A stretch of DNA of 36,592 nt, taken from sequence record SRR22947727_1304; one strand, 5' to 3'. Numbering within the stretch: position 1 is the first letter of the stretch; every line of letters begins with the position of its first letter. A program made the position numbers and the translations under genes. The notes beneath the pieces were generated by a model. That model saw nothing but the letters and a program-made list of their open reading frames with translations, was not told where the DNA came from and did no database searches. Of the stretch, positions 28,811 to 36,592 are shown piece after piece.

Positions 28811-28883
28811 ATTAGCAGTCTATTATATAAAATCTTATCGTATGTCACTTGCGATTAATAGAAAAATTCGTTTTAGTAACAAA

Positions 28884-30965
28884 ATGCGTCCAGAACAATT
28901 ATTTTCATATTTTGCTGAAACATCTACATTAATTGGTGTAGGACCACGAACCGCTGAAGTTCTCTCACGAGCTATGGGACCAAAGCTCTTGGATTTATTA
29001 TTTACTCCGCCAGCAAGTTTTATTGATAGGAGCTACAACCCTAAAATTTCTGAAATTATTGATAATTCCATATGCACCCTAGAAGTGACAGTTGGATCAC
29101 ACTCGATCAAGGGAAATAAGAATCAACCAATTCGAATTAGAGTTTTTGATAAAACCGGTGATTTAACTCTATGTTTTTTTCGTGCCAAAGAAGAATATTT
29201 AAAGAAAATTCTTCCCGTAGGTTCAAAACGCATAATCTCTGGCAAAGCACAATTATATAACTCAGAAATTAATATGATACACCCTGATTATATTTTACCG
29301 GTTGCAGAAAAAAATAGATTGCCAATAATTGAGACACTTTATCCACTTACTGAGGGCTTAACGCAAAAAGTTGCACGTAAATCAATACTCAATGCATTGG
29401 AAAAGATATCAACTCTTCCAGAATGGTTAGATAAGTCAATTATAAATAAATATAATTGGCCAAAATTTAATGAAGCATTAATTAAAATGCATTCACCAGT
29501 CCATCCATCAGATACTAAGTTATTAGCTCCACCTAGGCAGCGTTTAGCTTACGATGAATTATTAGCAAAACAGATAGCTATAGCTCTAGTCAGAAATAAT
29601 AACCAAAAAAAAATTGGCATATCACATAATTCTGCTGGGAAATTTATAGATGAAATATTAAATGTTGTAAATTTTGAGCCGACAAAATCACAAGAGATTG
29701 TATTCAAAGAAATAAAAAAAGATATGAGTTCAACTTATCGAATGACTCGATTATTACAAGGTGATGTAGGGTCTGGTAAAACTTTTGTTGCAGCAATGGC
29801 TTGTGCATATGCTGCTGAGTCTGGTTCACAAATAGCTTTGATGGCTCCTACTGAGATATTAGCCAGGCAACATTTGACGAGCCTCAAGTTATTGCTTGAT
29901 CCCTTAGGACTAACTGTTGAAGCATTAACTGGAAGGGATAAAGGGTTACAGAGAAAGGCATTGGAAACAGGCTTAAAAGAAGGATACATTGATGTCGTCA
30001 TAGGTACACATGCTTTGTTCCAAAACAATACTATATTTAAAAAATTAGGCTTAGTTATTATTGATGAGCAGCACAGATTTGGTGTCCATGATAGATTTAA
30101 ACTTACAGAAAAAGGACTCAATCCAGACCTTCTTGTAATGACTGCCACACCGATACCTAGGACGTTAGCATTGGCATCATATGGTGATCTTGACATATCG
30201 ACAATTACTCAAAAACCAGCAGGAAGAAAACCAATAGGGACTCACATACTACCCATGCAAAAACTAGATGAAGTAATTGCGGGTATTAAAAGAGCAATAA
30301 CTAAGGGACAGCAAGTTTATTGGGTTTGCCCTCTAGTTGAAGAGAGTGAGTTAATTGAATTAAGCTCAGTGATGGAAAGATACAGTCAACTTAAAGAAAT
30401 TTTTGGAAATCGAGTTAAAGTTCTACATGGGCGCCTAAAGCCGCATGAAAAGGAAGCTATATCAAATGAATTTAAGTCTGGAAAATATGATATATTAATT
30501 GCAACAACAGTTATCGAGGTGGGAATTGATGTTCCAAATGCTTCCATTATAATCATAGAGCATGCAGAAAGATTTGGTCTAGCACAATTACATCAACTGA
30601 GGGGTCGTGTAGGCCGCGGTAGCGAAACTTCATCATGTCTTCTTTTGTATAAAAGTCCGTTATCAAAAAATGGCAGGTTAAGATTAGAGATAATGAAGGA
30701 AACCGAGGATGGATTTTTAATCGCGGAAAAAGATTTAGAGTTACGTGGCTCAGGTGATTTATTAGGTTCTAAGCAAAGTGGACTACCTGAATTTCGAATA
30801 GCAGATATTGATAAGCATAAGTCACTTTTAGATCTTGCTGCCAAAGACGCAAAATCCATAATTAATAAAGACCCAATGCTTGAAAGTCATAGAGGTGAAT
30901 CAATTAGAACCTTGCTATATCTTTTCGAACAAGACTTTGGAATTGCTTTAATGGATGCAGGTTAA
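28884..30965 (+). CDS. recG: ATP-dependent DNA helicase RecG
   Basis: QGDVGSGKT, DEQHRFG, TATPIPRT and LHQLRGRVGRG motifs. Start moved to the ATG at 28884 (MRPEQLF) because the 28791 start overlaps sdhE. Confidence 0.95.
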   Translation: MRPEQLFSYFAETSTLIGVGPRTAEVLSRAMGPKLLDLLFTPPASFIDRSYNPKISEIIDNSICTLEVTVGSHSIKGNKNQPIRIRVFDKTGDLTLCFFRAKEEYLKKILPVGSKRIISGKAQLYNSEINMIHPDYILPVAEKNRLPIIETLYPLTEGLTQKVARKSILNALEKISTLPEWLDKSIINKYNWPKFNEALIKMHSPVHPSDTKLLAPPRQRLAYDELLAKQIAIALVRNNNQKKIGISHNSAGKFIDEILNVVNFEPTKSQEIVFKEIKKDMSSTYRMTRLLQGDVGSGKTFVAAMACAYAAESGSQIALMAPTEILARQHLTSLKLLLDPLGLTVEALTGRDKGLQRKALETGLKEGYIDVVIGTHALFQNNTIFKKLGLVIIDEQHRFGVHDRFKLTEKGLNPDLLVMTATPIPRTLALASYGDLDISTITQKPAGRKPIGTHILPMQKLDEVIAGIKRAITKGQQVYWVCPLVEESELIELSSVMERYSQLKEIFGNRVKVLHGRLKPHEKEAISNEFKSGKYDILIATTVIEVGIDVPNASIIIIEHAERFGLAQLHQLRGRVGRGSETSSCLLLYKSPLSKNGRLRLEIMKETEDGFLIAEKDLELRGSGDLLGSKQSGLPEFRIADIDKHKSLLDLAAKDAKSIINKDPMLESHRGESIRTLLYLFEQDFGIALMDAG

Positions 30966-30985
30966 CTTTTTGGTTTGATAGTAAT

Positions 30986-31666
30986 CTATTTTTTAACTAA
31001 TTTATCAAAATTATTGTTGGAAGAGACCATTCCGCCAGAAATAATCATTTTAGCACCTTCCTCCGGAGTCATATCGAGGATTTTTGCGTCTTTTTCTTTT
31101 ACAAATAATAAAAAACCAGATGTTGGATTTGGTGTAGTTGGAACAAAGACACATACATATCCATCAGGCAGTATTTTAGCTGGCGCGCCAGAAAGGTCGG
31201 CCGTAATAAATCCTATGGCATATAATCCTTTGCGTGGATATTCTATTAAGCAAACATCTCTAAAAGCTCGTTCTTTCTGCTTTGCAACTGTATTTATAAT
31301 TTGTTTGAGAGAGTTATAAACTGGGCTGACAATTGGTACTCTGGCTAATAAATACTCTCCTGCTTTTATAGCGGACTTGCCAATAATATTAGAAGCAATT
31401 AAGCCAAGTATAAAAAATAAAAAAACAGATATAATTAAACCAAGACCAGGAATATTAAAACCAAGATAAGTATTTGGATTTAGAGCACGTGGTAGGATTT
31501 TCAAAACATTATTATCAATTAACTTAACAATCCATGATATACCTGCAATTGTAGCTATCAAAGGCAGAGCTATAATTATACCTGTAAACATTCTGTTTCT
31601 TAGCCAACGAACTAAATTGAATTTTGGGCTTTTTAACTCTTCATCATTTGTCATTTGCTTATCCAT
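30986..31666 (-). CDS. DUF502 family membrane protein
   Basis: IPGLGL, RVPIV..VY, EYPRKG, VFVPTTPNPTSG and IISGG motifs; start uncertain (31666 or 31654). Confidence 0.88.
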   Translation of the reverse strand: MDKQMTNDEELKSPKFNLVRWLRNRMFTGIIIALPLIATIAGISWIVKLIDNNVLKILPRALNPNTYLGFNIPGLGLIISVFLFFILGLIASNIIGKSAIKAGEYLLARVPIVSPVYNSLKQIINTVAKQKERAFRDVCLIEYPRKGLYAIGFITADLSGAPAKILPDGYVCVFVPTTPNPTSGFLLFVKEKDAKILDMTPEEGAKMIISGGMVSSNNNFDKLVKK

Positions 31667-31749
31667 TAAAAGCATAATATTATACAATAACTCTATCAAA
31701 AAATATTATAAATTGATACTAAAACTTATAAACTATTAAGTGATTTTAA

Positions 31750-32925
31750 ATGAATAAAAAAATAATATTTGTAATATCATTAATTATTATCTTTGTTCTA
31801 TTGATAATTTATTTTCGTAGCGATGAAATATTTCAAACCATTCAAGATCCTCGCCAACCCTTTCAAACATATGTAAAACCTCCAGCACCCGATTACAATC
31901 TCGAAAGCTCATGGTTATCCTTACCCAATTTAAATAGCAGTCCAAAAACTGATGACCCTAAGGGTGATGTGTTTGTCGTAGTCCCAAGTGTTTATCGTGG
32001 CGGAAAACATTGGTTGCTAAGAGATGAGGATTTACGCAGAAAAAATAAACTCAAAACTATAGTTAAACCTAATTATGTAGCGCCTTATGGCGATGCAGGG
32101 AGGCTCTTTGCACCCTATTACCGGCAAGCATCTATTTATAGCTACTACACCAATAGTGAAGACGCACTTAAAGCTCAGGATTTTGCTTACAAAGATGTTC
32201 AGCGAGCATTTAAATACTTCTTAAAGAAATCGCCCCCTGAAAGACCCATTGTGTTGGTGGGTCATAATCAAGGTGCAAGCCATGTTCAAAGATTATTAGC
32301 GGACTCAATCAATGATAAAACACTCAAAAGGCTAGCAGTAGCATATATTATTGACTATCCATTACCACTCGATTCTTTTGACAATACTTTAAGTAAGTAT
32401 TCTCCGTGTATCTCAGAAACTGCAACAAATTGCATTGTTTCATTTGGCGCTTTTATGCCAGGTGATTACAAAATAGCTAAAAAGTATCTAAAAACTTTAA
32501 TGGTTCATGATGGTAAAGATTATATACCCATCAACAAAAGAGAAATATTATGTGTGAACCCACTCACCTGGACATTATCTGAAACCTATGCTCCGGCAAG
32601 TCTACACAAAGGAGGTGTTGCGGCCGAAGGTTTAGATCCAGATGTCAAGCCAGCCGCGATGACAAAAGAAGTAGGGGCTATATGTGAAAATGGAATTCTA
32701 AATGTTGATAAACCAAATAGCCGATCATTAAGAAGACCGTTTATATTTGGAAGTAAATTTAGAACACTACCTTCCAATCTTTTCTACGAGGATTTAAAAG
32801 TTAACGCCAAGAAAAGAGTGGATAGTTTAATAGGTAGTGGAGCATTACCCATCAAGGCTCCAGATTTTTATAGTGATGATATCCAAGAAATTAAAGAAAG
32901 CCCTGTAAGTTCTATAATTCAGTGA
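31750..32925 (+). CDS. DUF3089 family alpha/beta-hydrolase-like protein with N-terminal membrane anchor
   Basis: P.PDY...W, DVF.V.P..Y, APYYRQAS, AYKDVQRAF, GHNQG, CVNPLTW and NLFYEDL..NA..R motifs. Confidence 0.8.
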   Translation: MNKKIIFVISLIIIFVLLIIYFRSDEIFQTIQDPRQPFQTYVKPPAPDYNLESSWLSLPNLNSSPKTDDPKGDVFVVVPSVYRGGKHWLLRDEDLRRKNKLKTIVKPNYVAPYGDAGRLFAPYYRQASIYSYYTNSEDALKAQDFAYKDVQRAFKYFLKKSPPERPIVLVGHNQGASHVQRLLADSINDKTLKRLAVAYIIDYPLPLDSFDNTLSKYSPCISETATNCIVSFGAFMPGDYKIAKKYLKTLMVHDGKDYIPINKREILCVNPLTWTLSETYAPASLHKGGVAAEGLDPDVKPAAMTKEVGAICENGILNVDKPNSRSLRRPFIFGSKFRTLPSNLFYEDLKVNAKKRVDSLIGSGALPIKAPDFYSDDIQEIKESPVSSIIQ

Positions 32926-33772
32926 TTGGGTTAATTTTTGATAGATCATCAAATTTAATAATGTCTGTTAATAAATCTTCAAATTTATTCAATGGAACCA
33001 TATTAGGACCATCAGACGGAGCATTAATTGGATCCTGATGGGTTTCCATGAATATTGCAGCTATACCTATAGATACTGCTGCTCTAGCTAGAGTTGGAAC
33101 AAACTTTCTTTGTCCAGAACTAGTTTTACCTAACCCCCCTGGCTGTTGGACAGAATGAGTTGCATCGAATACTATGGGCCCATACTCTTTCATAGTAGTT
33201 AGACCACGAAAATCAGTTATTAGTGTATTGTAACCAAATGATGTTCCTCTTTCACAAAGCAGAACATTAAAATTATCATTATCCAAAACCTTTTGAATAA
33301 CATTTGACATGTCTTCTGGTGCTAAAAACTGTCCTTTCTTTATATTTATTACCTTACCGGTTTTAGCGGCTGCAGTAAGCAAATCTGTTTGTCGACAAAG
33401 AAATGCGGGAATTTGCAATACATCAATCACTTCCGCGAGACACGAAGCTTGATCCGGGTTATGAATATCAGTTAGGCAAGCCATATTGAATGTTTTTCTA
33501 ATTTCATCGAATATTGGTAGAGCCTTATCAAGACCAATTCCTCTATTAGAGGATATGCTGGTACGGTTTGCTTTATCAAAAGAGGATTTATAAATAATAT
33601 TTAAATTTAACTTATTTCCCAATATTTTTAGTTTTTCCGCAATCATTAATGCATGATCACGGCTTTCCATCGCACATGGTCCCGCTATAACAGTTAAGCG
33701 ATTAGTATTACTAATTAAGCACTCCCCACTTATTGGTAATGGGAAATTAATTATTTTATTTGCTTTGTTCAT
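32912..33772 (-). CDS. kdsA: Kdo-8-phosphate synthase
   Basis: AGPCAMES, KSSFDKANRTS, QIPAFLCRQTDL, KKGQFLAP, ERGTSFGY and FDATHSVQQPG motifs. Confidence 0.97.
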   Translation of the reverse strand: MNKANKIINFPLPISGECLISNTNRLTVIAGPCAMESRDHALMIAEKLKILGNKLNLNIIYKSSFDKANRTSISSNRGIGLDKALPIFDEIRKTFNMACLTDIHNPDQASCLAEVIDVLQIPAFLCRQTDLLTAAAKTGKVINIKKGQFLAPEDMSNVIQKVLDNDNFNVLLCERGTSFGYNTLITDFRGLTTMKEYGPIVFDATHSVQQPGGLGKTSSGQRKFVPTLARAAVSIGIAAIFMETHQDPINAPSDGPNMVPLNKFEDLLTDIIKFDDLSKINPITEL

Positions 33773-33891
33773 TATAATACTGGGTATAATACTATTATTT
33801 ATTCCTGTACAGAATATGTTACTGTTTGTGATTAATTAATTAATGCTAAGAATATATATGAGCAGAAATATTTATCTAATTGGATCATGGT

Positions 33892-34878
33892 ATGACATCA
33901 AAATCACTAATAGAGTTAATAGGAAATACTCCATTAATTCGACTTAATAGGATTTCAGATAAAACCGGGTGTGATATATTAGGTAAAGCCGAATTTATGA
34001 ACCCTGGACAATCTGTAAAAGACAGGGCTGCTCTTAATATAATTAAAAAAGCAGAATTAGATGGACGACTCAGGCCTGGCGGAACTGTTGTTGAGGGAAC
34101 CGCTGGTAACACTGGCATAGGGCTTGCTATGATATGTGCGGTATTTGGTTATAAATGTAAGATTGTTATGCCAAATACTCAGAGTGAAGAAAAAAAGGCA
34201 GCTATTAAACTATATGGAGCTGAACTTATTGAAGTCGATGCTGTTCCGTATTCAAACCCTAATAATTATATTCATGTGTCACAAAAAATATCAAATCTAA
34301 GTAATAATACTATTTGGGCTAATCAATTTGATAACATAGCAAACCGTGAAGCGCATATTATAGGAACCGGTCCTGAAATTTTCAGTCAAACGTCAGGAAA
34401 AGTAAATGGTTTTATTTGTTCTATTGGATCAGGTGGTACTCTAGGCGGGGTTTCACTCTCCTTAAAAAAACTTAATCCTAATATAAAGATTGCGCTTGCA
34501 GATCCATATGGATCCAAGATGTTTAGTTATTATAAAACAGGTGAATTAATATCTGAAGGAACATCGATTACAGAAGGAATTGGTCAAGGTCGTATAACAA
34601 AAAATTTAGAGGGAGTGGTTATTGACGATGCTTATAGAGTTTCAGATGAGGAAGCTTTAAATATAATATTTGATATCAATAAAGAAGAAGGAATATGTTT
34701 AGGTGGCTCATCAGGTATAAATATTGCGGGAGCAATTAGGATGGCCAAAGAAATGGGCCGCGGGAATACAATAGTTACCATTTTATGTGATCATGGACAG
34801 CGATATCAGTCAAAAATATACAATCCAAATTTTTTGATTGAAAAGAAGTTGCCCGTACCAATATGGATGCAAAGTTAG
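33892..34878 (+). CDS. cysK: Cysteine synthase A
   Basis: IGNTPL, KAEFMNPGQSVKDR, EGTAGNTG, GSGGT and EGIGQG motifs; ATG at 33892 preferred to TTG at 33880. Confidence 0.92.
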   Translation: MTSKSLIELIGNTPLIRLNRISDKTGCDILGKAEFMNPGQSVKDRAALNIIKKAELDGRLRPGGTVVEGTAGNTGIGLAMICAVFGYKCKIVMPNTQSEEKKAAIKLYGAELIEVDAVPYSNPNNYIHVSQKISNLSNNTIWANQFDNIANREAHIIGTGPEIFSQTSGKVNGFICSIGSGGTLGGVSLSLKKLNPNIKIALADPYGSKMFSYYKTGELISEGTSITEGIGQGRITKNLEGVVIDDAYRVSDEEALNIIFDINKEEGICLGGSSGINIAGAIRMAKEMGRGNTIVTILCDHGQRYQSKIYNPNFLIEKKLPVPIWMQS

Positions 34879-34923
34879 TAATATAACAAGTTATATGGTA
34901 TTAGATAAACAAGAAAAATAATT

Positions 34924-36072
34924 ATGAAAAAAGAAACCCAATTTTTACATATATCAAGACCCAAGATTGGTATCGCAACCCCTGTAAATCACAATATTAC
35001 AAAAGCATCAACTTTACTTTTTAATAATTCAAAGGATTTATATAGATCTGATATTAATAGTTATGGTAGACATGGTAGTGAGGTTCATGATGCTTTATCT
35101 CATGCATTTAATGTTTTAGAAGGCGGTGTTGCCACAACAATATTTCCTTCAGGCTTAGCAGCGTGTACTTATGCTATTCTGTCTTTGGTAAAACCAGGCG
35201 ATCATATTTTACTTACAGATTCATCATATGGTCCGATTAGAAATTTTTGTATGCAATATTTATTGGGTATGGGAGTTGAAGCTGAATTGTATAATCCACG
35301 CTTGGGATCTAATATTGAAAAATATATAAAAAAATCAACTAAATTAATAATTATGGAAAGTCCCGGTTCTTTATCATTTGAGATTCAAGATGTTCCTGCC
35401 ATAGTAAAAGTTGCTAAAAAATATAATATCAATACATTTATCGATAATACTTGGTCAGCAGGTATTAGCTTTAATCCACTTAAACTTGGCGTGGATGTTT
35501 CTTGTCATTCGGCAACTAAGTATTTTGGAGGTCACAGTGATATAATGTGCGGAGTTGCCATTAGCCGTACAATAGAGATAGCCAATAAAATTAAACAGAC
35601 AGCTAAGCATTTAGGAAACTCTACACCTTCAGAAAATGTATACGGTATATTAAGAGGTTTTAGAACTTTAGTTACAAGATTTAAGCAACAAGAAAAAACT
35701 AGTCTATTATTAGCTTCATGGCTTAATGAACAAAGTAAAATTTCGAGAGTAATACATCCTGCTCATATTAGTCACCCCGATCATGAATTATGGAAGAGAG
35801 ATTTTACTGGTGGAGGATGTATTTTTAGTGCTGTTTTAAATCCTTGTTCTGAGAAGGAAGTAGATAAATTCATCAATAGACTTGAATTGTTTGGAATTGG
35901 CTTTTCATATGGTGGATACGAAAGCTTGTGTATAAATTGTAACCCCCAGCTTATGAGAAAGAAAACAAAAAAGCCGTCAGGACCACTAATCAGATTTGCT
36001 TGTGGCTTAGAGGATTTGGAAGATCTTAAAAATGATATCGAAAAATCATTATTTAAATTACAACTCGATTAA
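34924..36072 (+). CDS. metC: Cystathionine beta-lyase
   Basis: YGRHG, PSGLAA, ESPGSLSFEIQD, DNTWSAG, HSATKYFGGHSD and FGIGFSYGGYESL motifs. Confidence 0.9.
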   Translation: MKKETQFLHISRPKIGIATPVNHNITKASTLLFNNSKDLYRSDINSYGRHGSEVHDALSHAFNVLEGGVATTIFPSGLAACTYAILSLVKPGDHILLTDSSYGPIRNFCMQYLLGMGVEAELYNPRLGSNIEKYIKKSTKLIIMESPGSLSFEIQDVPAIVKVAKKYNINTFIDNTWSAGISFNPLKLGVDVSCHSATKYFGGHSDIMCGVAISRTIEIANKIKQTAKHLGNSTPSENVYGILRGFRTLVTRFKQQEKTSLLLASWLNEQSKISRVIHPAHISHPDHELWKRDFTGGGCIFSAVLNPCSEKEVDKFINRLELFGIGFSYGGYESLCINCNPQLMRKKTKKPSGPLIRFACGLEDLEDLKNDIEKSLFKLQLD

Positions 36073-36090
36073 AAATACTGTTAATTATTA

Positions 36091-36167
36091 TGGCGGGCCC
36101 GGCAGGACTCGAACCTGCAACCTGCCGCTTAGAAGGCGGCTGCTCTATCCAGTTGAGCTACGGACCC
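36091..36167 (-). tRNA. tRNA-Arg(TCT)
   Basis: Reverse complement GGGTCCG...CGGGCCC GCCA acceptor stem; anticodon arm GCCGC-CTTCTAA-GCGGC; GGTTCGAGTCC T-arm; encoded CCA. Confidence 0.97.
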
Positions 36168-36174
36168 CAATAAA

Positions 36175-36489
36175 TTAATGCGTCCATGGAATTTTTCTGT
36201 CATAAGAAAAATTATCAGCATATGATCTTTTAATACGGTTTATTCTTTCTCTTTCTATTACCCGATGTGGAATATTGTTACTTTTAGCATAGTTTATAGC
36301 TTCATCTCTAGACTTAAATTCTAGTATTACTTGAGACAATGCATCTTTACTGCGTTTAGTTCCTGTTAGTGGATCTATATTACTTGATAGACTTTTATCA
36401 AATTCTAATAACCAGTTTTGTTTACTACGACCTGATGTCATTGCTGATGAAGCTGGTTTGTATATTTTAGCAAACAATCTCAACTCCAT
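36175..36489 (-). CDS. ETC complex I accessory subunit (NDUFS4-like)
   Basis: AKIYKPA..AMTSG, W.LEF, DPLTG, QV.L.F...EAI.YA and SYADNF...PWTH; lies between tRNA-Pro and tRNA-Arg. Confidence 0.88.
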   Translation of the reverse strand: MELRLFAKIYKPASSAMTSGRSKQNWLLEFDKSLSSNIDPLTGTKRSKDALSQVILEFKSRDEAINYAKSNNIPHRVIERERINRIKRSYADNFSYDRKIPWTH

Positions 36490-36537
36490 TATACAAAAAT
36501 TAAAAATTAAAATTTAGATAGAAACTAAGTTTCTAAA

Positions 36538-36592
36538 TGGTCGGGGCGGCAAGATTCGAACTTGCGACCCCCTGTTCCCAAAACAGGTGCGC
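36538..36592 (-). tRNA. tRNA-Pro(TGG), 5' part truncated by the window end
   Basis: Reverse complement ...CCTGT-TTTGGGA-ACAGG...GTTCGAATC...CCCCGACCA. Confidence 0.93.

Noticed and set aside
28791-28883. N-terminal extension of recG in the ORF track
   Set aside because: It overlaps the divergent sdhE start and promoter region; the ATG at 28884 gives a typical N-terminus.
25073-30965. sdhE wedged between the DNA repair helicases mfd and recG
   Set aside because: This is a conserved alphaproteobacterial arrangement and is not novel.
860-34118. Short antisense or alternate-frame ORFs (e.g. 2592-2801, 5918-6160, 10707-11030, 13453-13797, 17199-17639, 24970-25209, 29735-30196, 30975-31319)
   Set aside because: They lie within or across well-supported genes and show no recognisable motifs; they are shadow ORFs.
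36519-36535. TAGAAAC-taa-GTTTCTA hairpin after tRNA-Pro
   Set aside because: The stem is weak and AT-rich with a 3-nt loop; insufficient to call a terminator.
36091-36592. Small gene between two tRNAs as a possible integrated element
   Set aside because: tRNA-Pro/NDUFS4-like/tRNA-Arg is a usual alphaproteobacterial block; no integrase or duplicated tRNA 3' end was seen.

Overview
This is an AT-rich (roughly one-third GC), very densely packed chromosomal segment with many overlapping start/stop codons. It most likely comes from a streamlined marine alphaproteobacterium. The recG/sdhE-mfd and tRNA-Pro/NDUFS4-like/tRNA-Arg blocks are alphaproteobacterial; a Caulobacterales/Maricaulales-like placement is inference. 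In order, the window holds: the holB 3' end, tatD, an MBL hydrolase, a histidine phosphatase-kdsB pair divergent from kdsD, arfB, a higher-GC GNAT gene bracketed by degenerate repeats, a DUF6356/Lrp pair, and a catabolic patch (PYROXD2-like flavoprotein, Rieske oxygenase, APC permease, CoA-transferase, FAD monooxygenase). A complete gamma-type his operon follows, led by a TrpR/YerC-like repressor and containing an unusual HisC-HisB(IGPD) fusion. After it come thrC coupled to a shikimate-kinase-like P-loop gene, hemH, an ACE-like M2 lipopeptidase, mfd, sdhE, recG, DUF502, a DUF3089 protein lacking its nucleophile, kdsA, cysK, metC and two tRNAs. No CRISPR array, transposase or integrase is visible. 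The best leads are the HisC-IGPD fusion with its tandem operator, the thrC-coupled kinase (candidate alternative homoserine kinase), the kdsB-coupled phosphatase (candidate alternative Kdo-8-P phosphatase) and the repeat-flanked GNAT cassette.
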